From: Nitrospirota bacterium
Lineage (GTDB): Bacteria > Nitrospirota > UBA9217
Length of the DNA: 64,000 nucleotides
Assembly: GCA_963663225.1 (NCBI GenBank)
Contig: OY760142.1
Coordinates: 928,001-992,000 of the forward strand
Reading direction: 5' to 3'
Position numbers and translations under genes: made by a program. Below the pieces are notes generated by a model. That model searched no databases, was not told where the DNA came from, and was given only the letters and a program-made list of their open reading frames with translations. Shown one piece after another: positions 10,689 through 20,606 of the stretch; within the stretch, counting starts at the first letter, position 1; each line of letters starts with the position of its first letter.

Positions 10689-13184
10689 CTAGTCTTCTAT
10701 TTCATCCAGATCGATTTTTTTCTTCGGCGCCGCTCCGCCATCACCCTGGTCAACATCGTAAAAGCCGGTCTTCTTTTTCACCACATCGGCATACTGCGTC
10801 GGCTCCGAACCTCTGCGGAACACCTCGGTAATGGCGTCCGCCTCCCCGTCCCGCGCCAGGAGGCCGGATTCCGGATCGATCTTCCGGTAGACGACATCAT
10901 CCGTTGCCGGAAAATCCTGGGCGGGCTTGTCCGCAAGCGCCCGCGACATGACGGTGATCCAGATCGGCAGCGCTGCACGCGCTCCGGTTTCCCGGTCGCC
11001 GAGCGATGCTTTCGGGTTGTCGTAGCCGACCCAAACTCCCGTTACAATGCCAGGCGTATATCCCACAAACCACGCGTCCACGAAGTTGTTGGTCGTCCCG
11101 GTCTTTCCGGCGACCGGCTTATGAAGGACCCGCGCGCCTCTTCCCGTGCCCTCTTCGACCACGCTCTTCAGGAGGCTCGAGACCAGAAACGCCGTAGTCC
11201 TGTTGACGGCTTCCACAGGCTGCGGCGCAAAACTTTCAAGCACCGCGCCATTGCCATCGACAACACTCGTGATCACCAGAGGCTCCGCGTGAATCCCCTG
11301 GGCCGCGAAGGTTGCGTACGCGGCCGTGAGTTCGATGGGCGTCACAACGGACGATCCCAGGGCGGTGGTGTAGTCGTAGCTGATGGCGCTGTTGATCCCC
11401 GCCTTGCGCGCGAAGGCGATTGCATTGTTCAGCCCCACCTTTTCGAGAAGGCCTACGGTTACCGCGTTCCGTGAAAGGGCAAGCGCCGTTCTAAGGCGCA
11501 TGGGGCCGAGGAAGCGTTCGTCGTAATTCGTCGGCTTCCATTGTTTTTTGTTAAACTCGCCTTTTTCGTAAATCACCGGCAGATCCATAAGAATGGAGGC
11601 CGGCGTAAAGCCATTTTCAAGCGCCGCGCCGTAAATAAACGGCTTGAACGACGACCCCGGCTGGCGTTTGGCGTCGGTGGCGTGATTAAAGCCTCCCTCC
11701 ATAAAATCATATCCGCCGACCATGGCGCGCACGTAGCCGGTGCCCGGCTCAATAGACACGACTGCGCCTTCTACGAGCGGGCGCTGGTCAAGCGTAAAGG
11801 AAGCAAGTTGTTTTTTCTTGTCGAAATCCTTGAGCCGGACCCTGATAATATCCCCCGGCTGGAGCAATTCAGTCAGTTTCTTGTATTCGTTGGGGTCGTC
11901 CTTTTTCTTTTTTCGTTTCTGAAGGGCCCACATCGTGTCTTCTTTCGAAATATTCCCGATCATGCCCCGGCCCTTGACCGTTATGGATGAATCCGTCACG
12001 GAAAGCACCTGGGCAAGGAACCCTTCCCCGGGCTTCACCATCACGTTAAGCGCTCCCCACTGGCTCTGCTTCGATTTGAGTTTCTTGAATCCCACCCTCC
12101 CCCGGAACCCCTGGCGCTTGTCGAGCGCGCGAAGCCCGTCCCGAAGTGCGTTCACCGCGGTCCGCTGCAGGTCGATGTCGATGGTCGTATATACTTTCAG
12201 GCCGCCAAGGTACAGTTTATCCGGGCCGTATTTTTTTTCAATATATCTCCGGATCGAATCCACAACATGCGGCGCAACTTCTTCCTGGGGGCGCAGATTT
12301 TCAAGATTAAGCGGCTGGTTGTAGATCTTCGTGCTCTGGTCCTCGGTAATGTAGCCTTCCGCCACCATCCGTTTGAGCACGTGCGCCTGCCGAAGCTTGG
12401 TCAGATCAATATCGCTGTACGGAGAATAGGACATCGGAGACTTGGGAAGTCCGGCGAGAAGTGCGGCTTCACCGTGGTTTATTTCCCAGATGTTCTTGCC
12501 GAAATACGTCTTTGCCGCCATCTGCACACCGTACGCGCCGTGTCCGAAATATATCTTGTTCAGGTATAGTTCGAGGATTTCTTCCTTGGTCAGTTCCTTC
12601 TCAAGCCTGCGCGCCAGGATGATTTCCTTGATTTTGCGCGTGATCTTCCGTTCGGGAGACAGGAACACAACCTTGGTGAGCTGCTGCGTGATGGTGCTTC
12701 CTCCCTGGGTCACCTTTACCGCGATAATGTTTCTTATCGCCGCCCGCAGGATGCCGCGGTAGTCAATGCCCTTGTGTTCGAAAAAGCGGGGGTCTTCCGT
12801 GGCGAGGAGCGCGTTGATCAGAAATTTCGGCACACGCGTCAAGGGAACATAATTGCCTTTTTCAATCCTGATCTGGCCGAGCACCCTGCCGTCCTGCGCG
12901 TAGATAATCGTTCCCGTGCTCGGTTTGTAGTCTTTGAGGGACTCAACCGTGGGGAGTCCGAAGGAAAGAACAAAAAACATCAGAACAAGGACAAGCACTC
13001 CGCAGAGGAAACCGATCCCCAAAAGCTTCAGAGCTTTTTTTGGAGTAAGTCCTTTGATCCAGGGTACGGCAATATTAAACCAGAAGACCTTGAACAGCTC
13101 CCACAGAAACAGAACCGCGTTCGTAAGAGCCTCTATGGTTTTCTCCAGCCATTTTATCTTTGGTTTTTCCGGTTGTTTCTTCAT
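10689..13184 (-). CDS. mrcA: Class A penicillin-binding protein 1A
   Basis: N-terminal TM; transglycosylase EDPRF/GGSTITQQL/RKIKE; transpeptidase SSFK, SRN, KTG. Confidence 0.92.
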   Translation of the reverse strand: MKKQPEKPKIKWLEKTIEALTNAVLFLWELFKVFWFNIAVPWIKGLTPKKALKLLGIGFLCGVLVLVLMFFVLSFGLPTVESLKDYKPSTGTIIYAQDGRVLGQIRIEKGNYVPLTRVPKFLINALLATEDPRFFEHKGIDYRGILRAAIRNIIAVKVTQGGSTITQQLTKVVFLSPERKITRKIKEIILARRLEKELTKEEILELYLNKIYFGHGAYGVQMAAKTYFGKNIWEINHGEAALLAGLPKSPMSYSPYSDIDLTKLRQAHVLKRMVAEGYITEDQSTKIYNQPLNLENLRPQEEVAPHVVDSIRRYIEKKYGPDKLYLGGLKVYTTIDIDLQRTAVNALRDGLRALDKRQGFRGRVGFKKLKSKQSQWGALNVMVKPGEGFLAQVLSVTDSSITVKGRGMIGNISKEDTMWALQKRKKKKDDPNEYKKLTELLQPGDIIRVRLKDFDKKKQLASFTLDQRPLVEGAVVSIEPGTGYVRAMVGGYDFMEGGFNHATDAKRQPGSSFKPFIYGAALENGFTPASILMDLPVIYEKGEFNKKQWKPTNYDERFLGPMRLRTALALSRNAVTVGLLEKVGLNNAIAFARKAGINSAISYDYTTALGSSVVTPIELTAAYATFAAQGIHAEPLVITSVVDGNGAVLESFAPQPVEAVNRTTAFLVSSLLKSVVEEGTGRGARVLHKPVAGKTGTTNNFVDAWFVGYTPGIVTGVWVGYDNPKASLGDRETGARAALPIWITVMSRALADKPAQDFPATDDVVYRKIDPESGLLARDGEADAITEVFRRGSEPTQYADVVKKKTGFYDVDQGDGGAAPKKKIDLDEIED

Positions 13185-13412
13185 CGCAATATTGATAACC
13201 TCGTGTTTTTCCGATCATTTTAAACAATAACGAAAATAATAACATCATGAGGGGATAAAATCAAACGAAAAGTTTTTATCTGCTTATACTGCCGGCAAAA
13301 TGCGTTTTAATTGAAGAGGTTTTGCGGCCGCAAAAGTGGCATTGCTGTTTTTGATATCATCAAGGAGGGTAATTACAGAAACTGTTGTTGCGCGTTTTAA
13401 AAAAACAGTATC

Positions 13413-14024
13413 TTAGATTTTTCTCACCACGCCCACGGCCTTTCCCACGATCCGGAAATCACCCCGGTCAAAATACAGCGGCTTCATGGTGTTGTTCTCC
13501 GGCTGCAGCCGGACCTTGTCGTCCTCCAGAAAAAACCGCTTGACCGTTGCTTCGCCATCCGCAAGGGCAACCACGATGTCACCGTTCTGGGCCGTGGTCT
13601 GCATCCGGACAATCAGGGTGTCTCCATCCATAATATGCGCGTTTACCATGCTTTCGCCGCGCACCTTAAGCGCGAAAAGATCATGCGCGTTCCGCAGGGA
13701 AAAATGCGCCGGGTCCACCGTGATTTCTCCTTCACGGTTTTCAGGGGCAAGCACCGGCGTTCCGGCGGCCACCCTTCCGAGAACCGGGATCGTTGCCGGC
13801 ATCCGTTCGCCGGAATGGAGCGCGATGCCGCGCGATTTTCCGCGTTCCCGTACAATCATTCCGCTTCGTTCAAGGGCCGCCAGGTGCCCTTCCACACCGT
13901 TTGTTGAACGAATGCCGAACTTCTCGCCGATTTCCCGCATGCTGGGAGGTCTTCCCTTCATTGCCAGGGAAGACCGGATGAATTCGTAAATCTCCAGCTG
14001 GCGTTCGCTAATTTTATTTCTCAT
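13413..14024 (-). CDS. lexA: SOS repressor LexA
   Basis: wHTH (PPSMREIG), Ala-Gly cleavage site VAAG, catalytic Ser (GESM) and Lys (TVKR); RBS GAGGAG. Confidence 0.95.
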   Translation of the reverse strand: MRNKISERQLEIYEFIRSSLAMKGRPPSMREIGEKFGIRSTNGVEGHLAALERSGMIVRERGKSRGIALHSGERMPATIPVLGRVAAGTPVLAPENREGEITVDPAHFSLRNAHDLFALKVRGESMVNAHIMDGDTLIVRMQTTAQNGDIVVALADGEATVKRFFLEDDKVRLQPENNTMKPLYFDRGDFRIVGKAVGVVRKI

Positions 14025-14042
14025 GGTTACTCCTCTTATTTA

Positions 14043-15260
14043 TTAATATTGCCGGTCTCCCGCAGGCCGCCATGCCGGAGAGATGATTCGTTCATGCCGG
14101 TATCTGCTGGCAAGCGTCCCCCAGGTGACCGTAAAATCGCCGTGCTGATCATTAATTTCATCCATTGCTTCAGCGAGAAACGTGCGCCTTCGTTCCTCTT
14201 CAAAAAGCGGCACCTGCGCCGCGTACCGGTCAAGCCCGGAAACGCTCACGCCCACAAGCCTTACTGCCTGTTCAATGCGAATCTCTCGCAGGAGGGTGGC
14301 TGCCGCTGCATAAATATCGAGGCCATGATTGATGGTATGGTGCAGCCGCTTCTGCTTCGAGAACGTATGAAAATCCGCGTACCGGAGCGTAAGACTTACC
14401 GTGCTCCCCCTGTAGCAGCCCCGCCGAAGCCGCCGTCCCACTTTTTCCGAAAGCTGAAGCATATGGCGTTCGATCATGGAGATGTCCGAGCAGTCTTCAT
14501 CGAGCGTCATGCTGTGGCCCATGGACTTGCTCTCTTCCTTGTCCTGCAACTCCGGCGATATCACCGGATCGTCATCGATACCCAGCCCCATGTCGTGAAG
14601 CCGTTCGCCCACGATACCGAACCGGGCAGTGAGCTGCCGGAGCGGTGCGCGGCCGAGTTCGCCGCAGGTCCGGATCCCCATCGCGGCCAGCGCCAGCCTC
14701 ATGTGCGGTCCGATACCGCAAAGTTCCTTCACCGGGAGGTTTTCGAGCACATCAGCCACGTCCTCCGGGGTAATGAGAACCAGACCATCCGGTTTTTGCA
14801 TATCGCTTCCCAGCTTGGCTAAAAGCTTGTTCGGCCCGATGCCGATGGAGCAGGTGAGACGGGCCTCGTTCCAGACCCGCTCTTTTATCTGGAGGGCAAT
14901 CCGGACAGGATCACCGAACAACGCATCGCATCCGGTCACGTCGAGAAAGGCTTCGTCTATGGAAAATACTTCCACCAGCGGGGAAAAGTCCTTCCATATA
15001 GAGAGCAGTCCTTCGCAGGCATGCGAATACTTTGCCGAATCCGCCGGCACCAGCATGATGTGCGGGCAGGCCTGCGTTGCTTCACCATAGGTCATTCCCG
15101 TTTTCACCCCGAACGCCCGTGCTTCGTATGACGGCGAAAGAATCACTCCGCGGTGTTTGGACCCGATCACGGCCATCGGTTTTCCCCGGAGCGCGGGATT
15201 GGCCCGCTGCTCCACGGAAGCAAAAAAAGCGTTCATGTCAATATGCAGAACTGTTCTCAT
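14043..15260 (-). CDS. dinB: Y-family DNA polymerase (DinB/Pol IV-like) with C-terminal extension
   Basis: HIDMNAFFASVE, SYEAR, SIDEAF, NKLLAK; clamp-binding-like QVPLF; tail LAEAMDEINDQHG. Confidence 0.92.
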   Translation of the reverse strand: MRTVLHIDMNAFFASVEQRANPALRGKPMAVIGSKHRGVILSPSYEARAFGVKTGMTYGEATQACPHIMLVPADSAKYSHACEGLLSIWKDFSPLVEVFSIDEAFLDVTGCDALFGDPVRIALQIKERVWNEARLTCSIGIGPNKLLAKLGSDMQKPDGLVLITPEDVADVLENLPVKELCGIGPHMRLALAAMGIRTCGELGRAPLRQLTARFGIVGERLHDMGLGIDDDPVISPELQDKEESKSMGHSMTLDEDCSDISMIERHMLQLSEKVGRRLRRGCYRGSTVSLTLRYADFHTFSKQKRLHHTINHGLDIYAAAATLLREIRIEQAVRLVGVSVSGLDRYAAQVPLFEEERRRTFLAEAMDEINDQHGDFTVTWGTLASRYRHERIISPAWRPAGDRQY

Positions 15261-15286
15261 GAGTTTGACCGCAAAAAATTCCCCGA

Positions 15287-15526
15287 TTATTCGGCGCTAT
15301 TTATTCTCCAGGTAAATCTTTCAGTGTTGTAAACGATTTCGTACAGCCCCTGTCCATCCGCGACCGAAAAGTGAATAAGAGAAGTATTTCCCGCTTTCGT
15401 TTTCCAGGTAAGGGCGACTTCGCGAATCCGGATGGTTCGTCCATTCCAGGTAAACCAGGCAGGCTTTACTCCACCGCGCGAAAAAACAGCCCCTACGACT
15501 ATGGGCTCATCAATCTCAACCATCAT
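15287..15526 (-). CDS. Small beta-rich hypothetical protein (79 aa; DUF6504/ImuB-C-like pattern), first gene of the dinB-lexA cassette
   Basis: PAWFTWNGR...W...FSV...LYEI...W pattern; ATG 15526 lies 7 nt downstream of a TATACT -10; 26 nt upstream of dinB. Confidence 0.75.
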   Translation of the reverse strand: MMVEIDEPIVVGAVFSRGGVKPAWFTWNGRTIRIREVALTWKTKAGNTSLIHFSVADGQGLYEIVYNTERFTWRINSAE

Positions 15527-15533
15527 ACAACAC

Positions 15534-15562
15534 AGTATAGTGAACATTTGTTCACTTGTCAA
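15534..15562 (-). promoter_or_regulatory. sigma70 promoter with a LexA (SOS) box in the spacer
   Basis: Minus strand TTGACA (15562-15557), 17 nt, TATACT (15539-15534); palindrome AGTGAAC-ATTT-GTTCACT (15539-15556) matches GAAC-N4-GTTC. Confidence 0.85.
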
Positions 15563-15712
15563 GAAATACATTGCTTCTAAACGACAGCGCTATCTGCAGG
15601 GTATTAGGCTCCAAAACAGGAAAAACCGGTCTTTCTCAAAAATTACGAGGGCTTTTCCTTTCAAGACCGTGTATAATCAGTCGAAATTTAATCGTGGTTC
15701 ACGTGTTCTTTC

Positions 15713-16843
15713 ATGACCAAAACAAGAATTCTCATAACCTGCGCCAAAGGCATTCCGGTGTTTTTGAAGCAGGAAATCCTCGCTCTGGGATTTCCCGTAT
15801 TGTCGGAAAATATCGCCGGGGTCGAAACAGAAGGCTCGCTGAACGAAAGCATGCGCCTCAATCTTCTCATCCGCACGGGGCACCGCGTGCTTTTGCTGCT
15901 TCAGCAGTTCAGGGCGGCGACCGCGGATGAGCTGTATCGCGCCCTGAACGCATTCCCCTGGGAACAGTATATTCCTGAAGACGGATACCTCTGCGTCACA
16001 TCGAGCGTTGATAACGCAACAATCAGAGACTCCCGGTTTGCCAGTTTGAAATGCAAGGACGCTATTGTCGACCGCATCAAGACAACATGCGGCAGGCGTC
16101 CGGACTCAGGCCCGGAGCGCGGGCGTTCCGTGGTGCATCTGCACTGGAAAGACGAACAATGCTCGGTATATTTCGATACGTCCGGAGAGCCTCTTTCACG
16201 GCGCGGCTATCGCAAGATCCCACTCGAAGCACCCATGCAGGAGACTCTTGCAGCGGCTGTTGTGCTCGCGACCGGCTGGAACGGCGCGGGAGCATTCATC
16301 AACCCCATGTGCGGCAGCGGGACCCTTGCCATCGAGGCCGCTCTTCTTGCCCTGAACAGGGCGCCCGGCCTCCTGCGGACCAATTTCGGCTTTATGCACT
16401 GTAAAAAATTCGACGCTGCCTTCTGGGATCAATTACGCAATGCCATAAAGAAAGACGCACGAAAAACCTTTACCGGAAAAATTATCGCCACAGACCTCAA
16501 CCCTGCCGCAGTTGAAGCTGCCCGCAAAAATGCTGCAACTGCCGGCGTCGAGCATCTCATTGATTTCAGTGTATGTCCATTCGAAAAAACGCCGGTCCCC
16601 GGCGGCAAAGGTATCGTGGTAATGAATCCGGAATACGGCAAGCGCATGGGCGAAGGCGGTGTCCTAGAACTGACCTATAAAGGAATCGGTGATTATTTTA
16701 AGCGGAAATGCACGGGATACAAAGGTTATGTTTTCACCGGCAATCCGCGGCTTGCCAAAAGAGTAAGCCTGAAACCGAACCAAAGCTGGCAGTTTTTCAA
16801 CAGCAACATCGAGTGCAGATTGCTCGAATATGACCTGTATTGA
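15713..16843 (+). CDS. THUMP-domain rRNA methyltransferase (RlmL/UPF0020-like)
   Basis: THUMP region, LSRRGYR, APMQETLAA, NPMCGSGT, NPEYG. Confidence 0.88.
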   Translation: MTKTRILITCAKGIPVFLKQEILALGFPVLSENIAGVETEGSLNESMRLNLLIRTGHRVLLLLQQFRAATADELYRALNAFPWEQYIPEDGYLCVTSSVDNATIRDSRFASLKCKDAIVDRIKTTCGRRPDSGPERGRSVVHLHWKDEQCSVYFDTSGEPLSRRGYRKIPLEAPMQETLAAAVVLATGWNGAGAFINPMCGSGTLAIEAALLALNRAPGLLRTNFGFMHCKKFDAAFWDQLRNAIKKDARKTFTGKIIATDLNPAAVEAARKNAATAGVEHLIDFSVCPFEKTPVPGGKGIVVMNPEYGKRMGEGGVLELTYKGIGDYFKRKCTGYKGYVFTGNPRLAKRVSLKPNQSWQFFNSNIECRLLEYDLY

Positions 16844-17037
16844 TCAGCCGCCGGATGCGCTTGGCGCATCTCCTCTCCACCCGCCATTACTGATTTTCAA
16901 TTCAACGTAATCCCCGGAACGGCCCCGCTATTTTTTTACCCATCCTGCCCGATCGGCAATATTTGTACTATACTTGAGAGAACACACCCACGATTATGGA
17001 GCACGGACGCGTTTGTCAGCACAAGCACAATTACATC

Positions 17038-17066
17038 TTGACTTTTAGCATGCCTACGTGCATTAT
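17038..17066 (+). promoter_or_regulatory. Possible sigma70 promoter with a small inverted repeat in the spacer
   Basis: TTGACT, 17 nt, CATTAT; GCATG-CCTA-CGTGC at 17048-17061. Confidence 0.35.
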
Positions 17067-17199
17067 TGCTTAATTAAGAAACAATATGATCATAGCTCCA
17101 TAGCATACCTCTGACGGCAAAGCAAGAAAGAACCGGCAGCAGTAAAATTCCTCCCTGTTAACGCACCACACTCTGCACCATCTAAAATAAGGAGACCGC

Positions 17200-17889
17200 A
17201 TGAACAGTAAAAAGATCTGGATTGTTGCAGTCATCCTCATCCTGGGCGCTCTTTTTTTCTATTTCGATCTGGGCAAATATCTTACTCTAGCATCGCTCAA
17301 AGAAAACCGGCAGGCTCTGCTGGAGTTTTATGAACACCATCAGACCTCCATGGTCGCAATATTTATCGCGGTTTATGTTCTGCAAACCGCCCTCTCTCTT
17401 CCCGGCGCAGCTGTTCTCTCCCTCGCAGCCGGAGCCATTTTCGGCGCTGTTATGGGAACAATATATACCAATATTGCAGCTACAACGGGGGCGACCTTGG
17501 CTTTTCTGGTTTCCCGCTATCTGTTTCGCGATGTCATTCTCAATAAATTCGGACCGCGCCTCGAAAAAATGAACACGGAACTTGAAGCGCGGGGACTCAA
17601 CTATCTCCTCTTCCTGCGCCTGGTTCCGCTCTTTCCCTTTTTCCTCATTAACCTGGGTGCAGGTTTAACGAAACTGCCCCTGCGGACCTTCTTTTTTGGA
17701 ACTCTGATCGGCATTATTCCGGGCAGCTTTGTATTCTGCAATGCAGGGGCAAGCCTCGCAACAATCACCAGCATGAGCGAGATTGCCTCTCCCCGTGTGC
17801 TCGGCTCTTTTGCCCTGCTCGGTCTGTTTGCGCTCATACCGGCGCTTTATCAGAAGTTCAAATCGAAACAACCACAGAACGAACGCTGA
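17200..17889 (+). CDS. TVP38/TMEM64 (DedA/VTT) family membrane protein
   Basis: Hydrophobic; SLPGA, GAIFG, LRLVPLFPF, GIIPG; RBS AAGGAG. Confidence 0.92.
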   Translation: MNSKKIWIVAVILILGALFFYFDLGKYLTLASLKENRQALLEFYEHHQTSMVAIFIAVYVLQTALSLPGAAVLSLAAGAIFGAVMGTIYTNIAATTGATLAFLVSRYLFRDVILNKFGPRLEKMNTELEARGLNYLLFLRLVPLFPFFLINLGAGLTKLPLRTFFFGTLIGIIPGSFVFCNAGASLATITSMSEIASPRVLGSFALLGLFALIPALYQKFKSKQPQNER

Positions 17890-17957
17890 ATAACGGAAGC
17901 ATCTGCCGACTTCCTGTCCGGCTGGTAAAATACCGTACTCAAAAGGAATCACGCACT

Positions 17958-20522
17958 ATGGGAAATAATGACAATGCTTCTGCAGTTCTCGAAAAAATGA
18001 AAGAGATTGCCGACGGCTGCATGGGTGAGGCTCCGGCGTATTGCGTTGCCGCCTGCCCCATGCACACCGATGCCAAAGGCTATGTAGGCCTGATCAGCGA
18101 AGGAAAGCATCAGGAAGCGCTGAGGCGGGTTCGCGAAACACTCTTTCTTCCCGGCACCCTGGGAAGAATTTGTGCACATCCCTGCGAGGAGAAGTGCAAA
18201 CGCGGCGAAATGAAAAATCCTCTTTCCATTGCAACATTAAAACGATTTGTAGCGGACAACTACGATAATGAAATTTTCTGGGATTTGACCACAGCTCCCG
18301 ATAAATCACATCGCATTGCCATTATCGGAGCCGGGCCGACGGGTGCACAGGCCGCTCTGGACCTGCGCAGAAAAGGTTACCAGGTCACCGTATATGAGAA
18401 ACTCACCGTTCTTGGAGGAATGCTGCGGGTCGGAATTCCCGAATACCGGCTCCCGAGACATATTATCGACAGGGAATATTCTTTACTCCAAAAAATTGGT
18501 GTTCAATTTGTTCTTGGCGTCGAGATCGGCAAAGACATTCCTTTTGAGAAGCTCCATGCAGAACATGATGCGGTTCTTGTCGCCGTGGGAGCCCACAAAG
18601 CCGTCATCCTGCCGGTGCCCGGGGCAGACCTGAACGGCGTGCTGAATGCAGTTGACTTTTTGAGAACCGTAAGCCTTACGCAGCACCATGCACTCGGCAA
18701 TACCGTGGTGGTCATCGGCGGAGGCAACGTTGCTATTGATGCCGCAAGAACCGCGCGACGCGTCGGGGCCAAAAACGTCCACCTCGTGTGCCTTGAATGC
18801 AGAGACGAAATGCCCGCCCATGACTGGGAAATCAAGGATGCGGAAGACGAAGGCGTCACCATCCATACCAGTTGCGGACCGACCGAAATTCTCGGAAAGC
18901 ACGGAACGGTTGCCGGATTCCGGATACGCCGCTGTACCTCTGTTTTTGACGACGGAGGAAAGTTCTGCCCCCGTTTCGATGACGGAATCACGAATGAAAT
19001 CGACAATGTAAACAATATTATTTTTGCCGTCGGACAGTCCGTAGACGGTGCGTTTATTTCGGAAGATCTTGTCCTGAGGCAATCACGAGGATGGTTTGTC
19101 GTTGATCCAATTACCCTCCAGACAGGCATAAAAAACGTTTTCGCCGCTGGAGATGCAACCGGCAGATCCATCATCGCTGTGGAGGCCATGGCTGAAGGCA
19201 GGAAGGCAGCGGAATCCATTGACCGCTATCTGACCGGCAGGGACCTTTATGAAAACAGAGAAACGGAAACCGGCTGTGAAACGAAACTCGAAACCAAAAT
19301 CGCACCCGATGAACCCAACCTCCCGAGAGTACGCACAGCAATGCTTCCTCCTTCTGAACGGATCCTTTCTTTTGCCGAGGCTGACAATGGTTTTGATGAA
19401 CCCCGTGCCGTTCAGGAAGCGTCCCGCTGTTTTCAATGCGAATGCAAAATGTGCATGAAAGAATGCGAGATGCTTGCGGACTTCACCAGCTGCCCCGGAG
19501 TGCTCTTCAGGGACATCCTTGCGAAAAGAAATGTTGACCCTCTCGTTCCATTCTCGTGCAACATGTGCAAACAATGCACTCTGGTCTGTCCGAAAGAGTA
19601 TGTGATGATGGACCGCTTTATGGACCTTCGCATTCAACTGGTTCGCGAAAACAACGGCAAATCACCAATCAAGGGACACAAAGCCATTGACGCCCACCAG
19701 ATGCTTGGATTTTCCCGCTTCTTTAACACCAGTATTCCGGCTAAACAAGGCACCAAGACCAGACGGGTATTCATTCCCGGATGCAGCCTGCCATCGTATA
19801 ATCCGGCACTGGTCGGCAGCATACTGTCGCACCTCCGGGAGCGACTGCCTGATACCGGAGCAATTCTCAAATGCTGCGGCAAGCCGACAAAAGCACTCGG
19901 ACAGGTTGAAGCGTTTAAAAAACGCTACGCGGAATTTCAGGCGGAAATCGACCGGCTGGGTGCTGAGGAAATTATCGTTGCCTGCCAATCCTGTTATGTG
20001 ACCATGCAGGCCTACAGCCCGAACCAGAAGGTCCGGTCTTTGTGGGAGGTCCTTCCCGAAATCGGCCTGCCGGCACATGCTGTCGGCACCGGTAAAAGCA
20101 CAAACCTCACCATCGCGGTCCATGATTCCTGCCCTACGCGCGATGTGCGGCAAATACAGGACGGCATCCGTTCAATAATAGACACCCTGGGTTATGTGAT
20201 AGAGGAGCCGCCCCACACGCGGGGAACGACGCTCTGCTGCGGCTTCGGAGGCATGGTCGTGCCGGCAAACCCCCCTTTGGCGCAGCGGGTGATGAACCGC
20301 AGGACCGCGGAAGTAACATCGGATGTCATGGTAACCTATTGCGCCGCCTGCAGGGAATCCATGGTACGGGGCGGAAAAAAATCGCTCCATATTCTGGACC
20401 TTGTTTTCGGCGGCCCGTGGAAGCTTGACTCCAGTTATCCGGAACTTCCGGGCAACCCTCTCACCGGCTGGGTGAACCGATACAAGGCAAAAAAACTGAT
20501 CAACAAAATCGCCAAATCCTAA
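17958..20522 (+). CDS. Fused FAD/NAD(P)-dependent Fe-S oxidoreductase: GltD-like module + 4Fe-4S dicluster + two CCG (HdrB/HdrD-like) domains
   Basis: CxxxxxxxCxxxCP and GRICAHPCEEKC; IIGAGPTG; VIGGGNVAIDAAR; RCFQCECKMCMKEC, CNMCKQCTLVC; CCGKP and CCGFGG. Confidence 0.85.
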   Translation: MGNNDNASAVLEKMKEIADGCMGEAPAYCVAACPMHTDAKGYVGLISEGKHQEALRRVRETLFLPGTLGRICAHPCEEKCKRGEMKNPLSIATLKRFVADNYDNEIFWDLTTAPDKSHRIAIIGAGPTGAQAALDLRRKGYQVTVYEKLTVLGGMLRVGIPEYRLPRHIIDREYSLLQKIGVQFVLGVEIGKDIPFEKLHAEHDAVLVAVGAHKAVILPVPGADLNGVLNAVDFLRTVSLTQHHALGNTVVVIGGGNVAIDAARTARRVGAKNVHLVCLECRDEMPAHDWEIKDAEDEGVTIHTSCGPTEILGKHGTVAGFRIRRCTSVFDDGGKFCPRFDDGITNEIDNVNNIIFAVGQSVDGAFISEDLVLRQSRGWFVVDPITLQTGIKNVFAAGDATGRSIIAVEAMAEGRKAAESIDRYLTGRDLYENRETETGCETKLETKIAPDEPNLPRVRTAMLPPSERILSFAEADNGFDEPRAVQEASRCFQCECKMCMKECEMLADFTSCPGVLFRDILAKRNVDPLVPFSCNMCKQCTLVCPKEYVMMDRFMDLRIQLVRENNGKSPIKGHKAIDAHQMLGFSRFFNTSIPAKQGTKTRRVFIPGCSLPSYNPALVGSILSHLRERLPDTGAILKCCGKPTKALGQVEAFKKRYAEFQAEIDRLGAEEIIVACQSCYVTMQAYSPNQKVRSLWEVLPEIGLPAHAVGTGKSTNLTIAVHDSCPTRDVRQIQDGIRSIIDTLGYVIEEPPHTRGTTLCCGFGGMVVPANPPLAQRVMNRRTAEVTSDVMVTYCAACRESMVRGGKKSLHILDLVFGGPWKLDSSYPELPGNPLTGWVNRYKAKKLINKIAKS

Positions 20523-20606
20523 ACCCCTTACCAAGGGAATTCGCTATACTTTAAAAATGCCGAGAATTTCAGTCTGTTTGATATCTTTTTATGAAAGGAG
20601 AGTTTT

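Noticed and set aside
13320-13335. Palindrome TTTTGCGGCCGCAAAA between lexA and pbp1A
   Set aside because: Single loopless GC-core palindrome with no second copy; a role cannot be supported.
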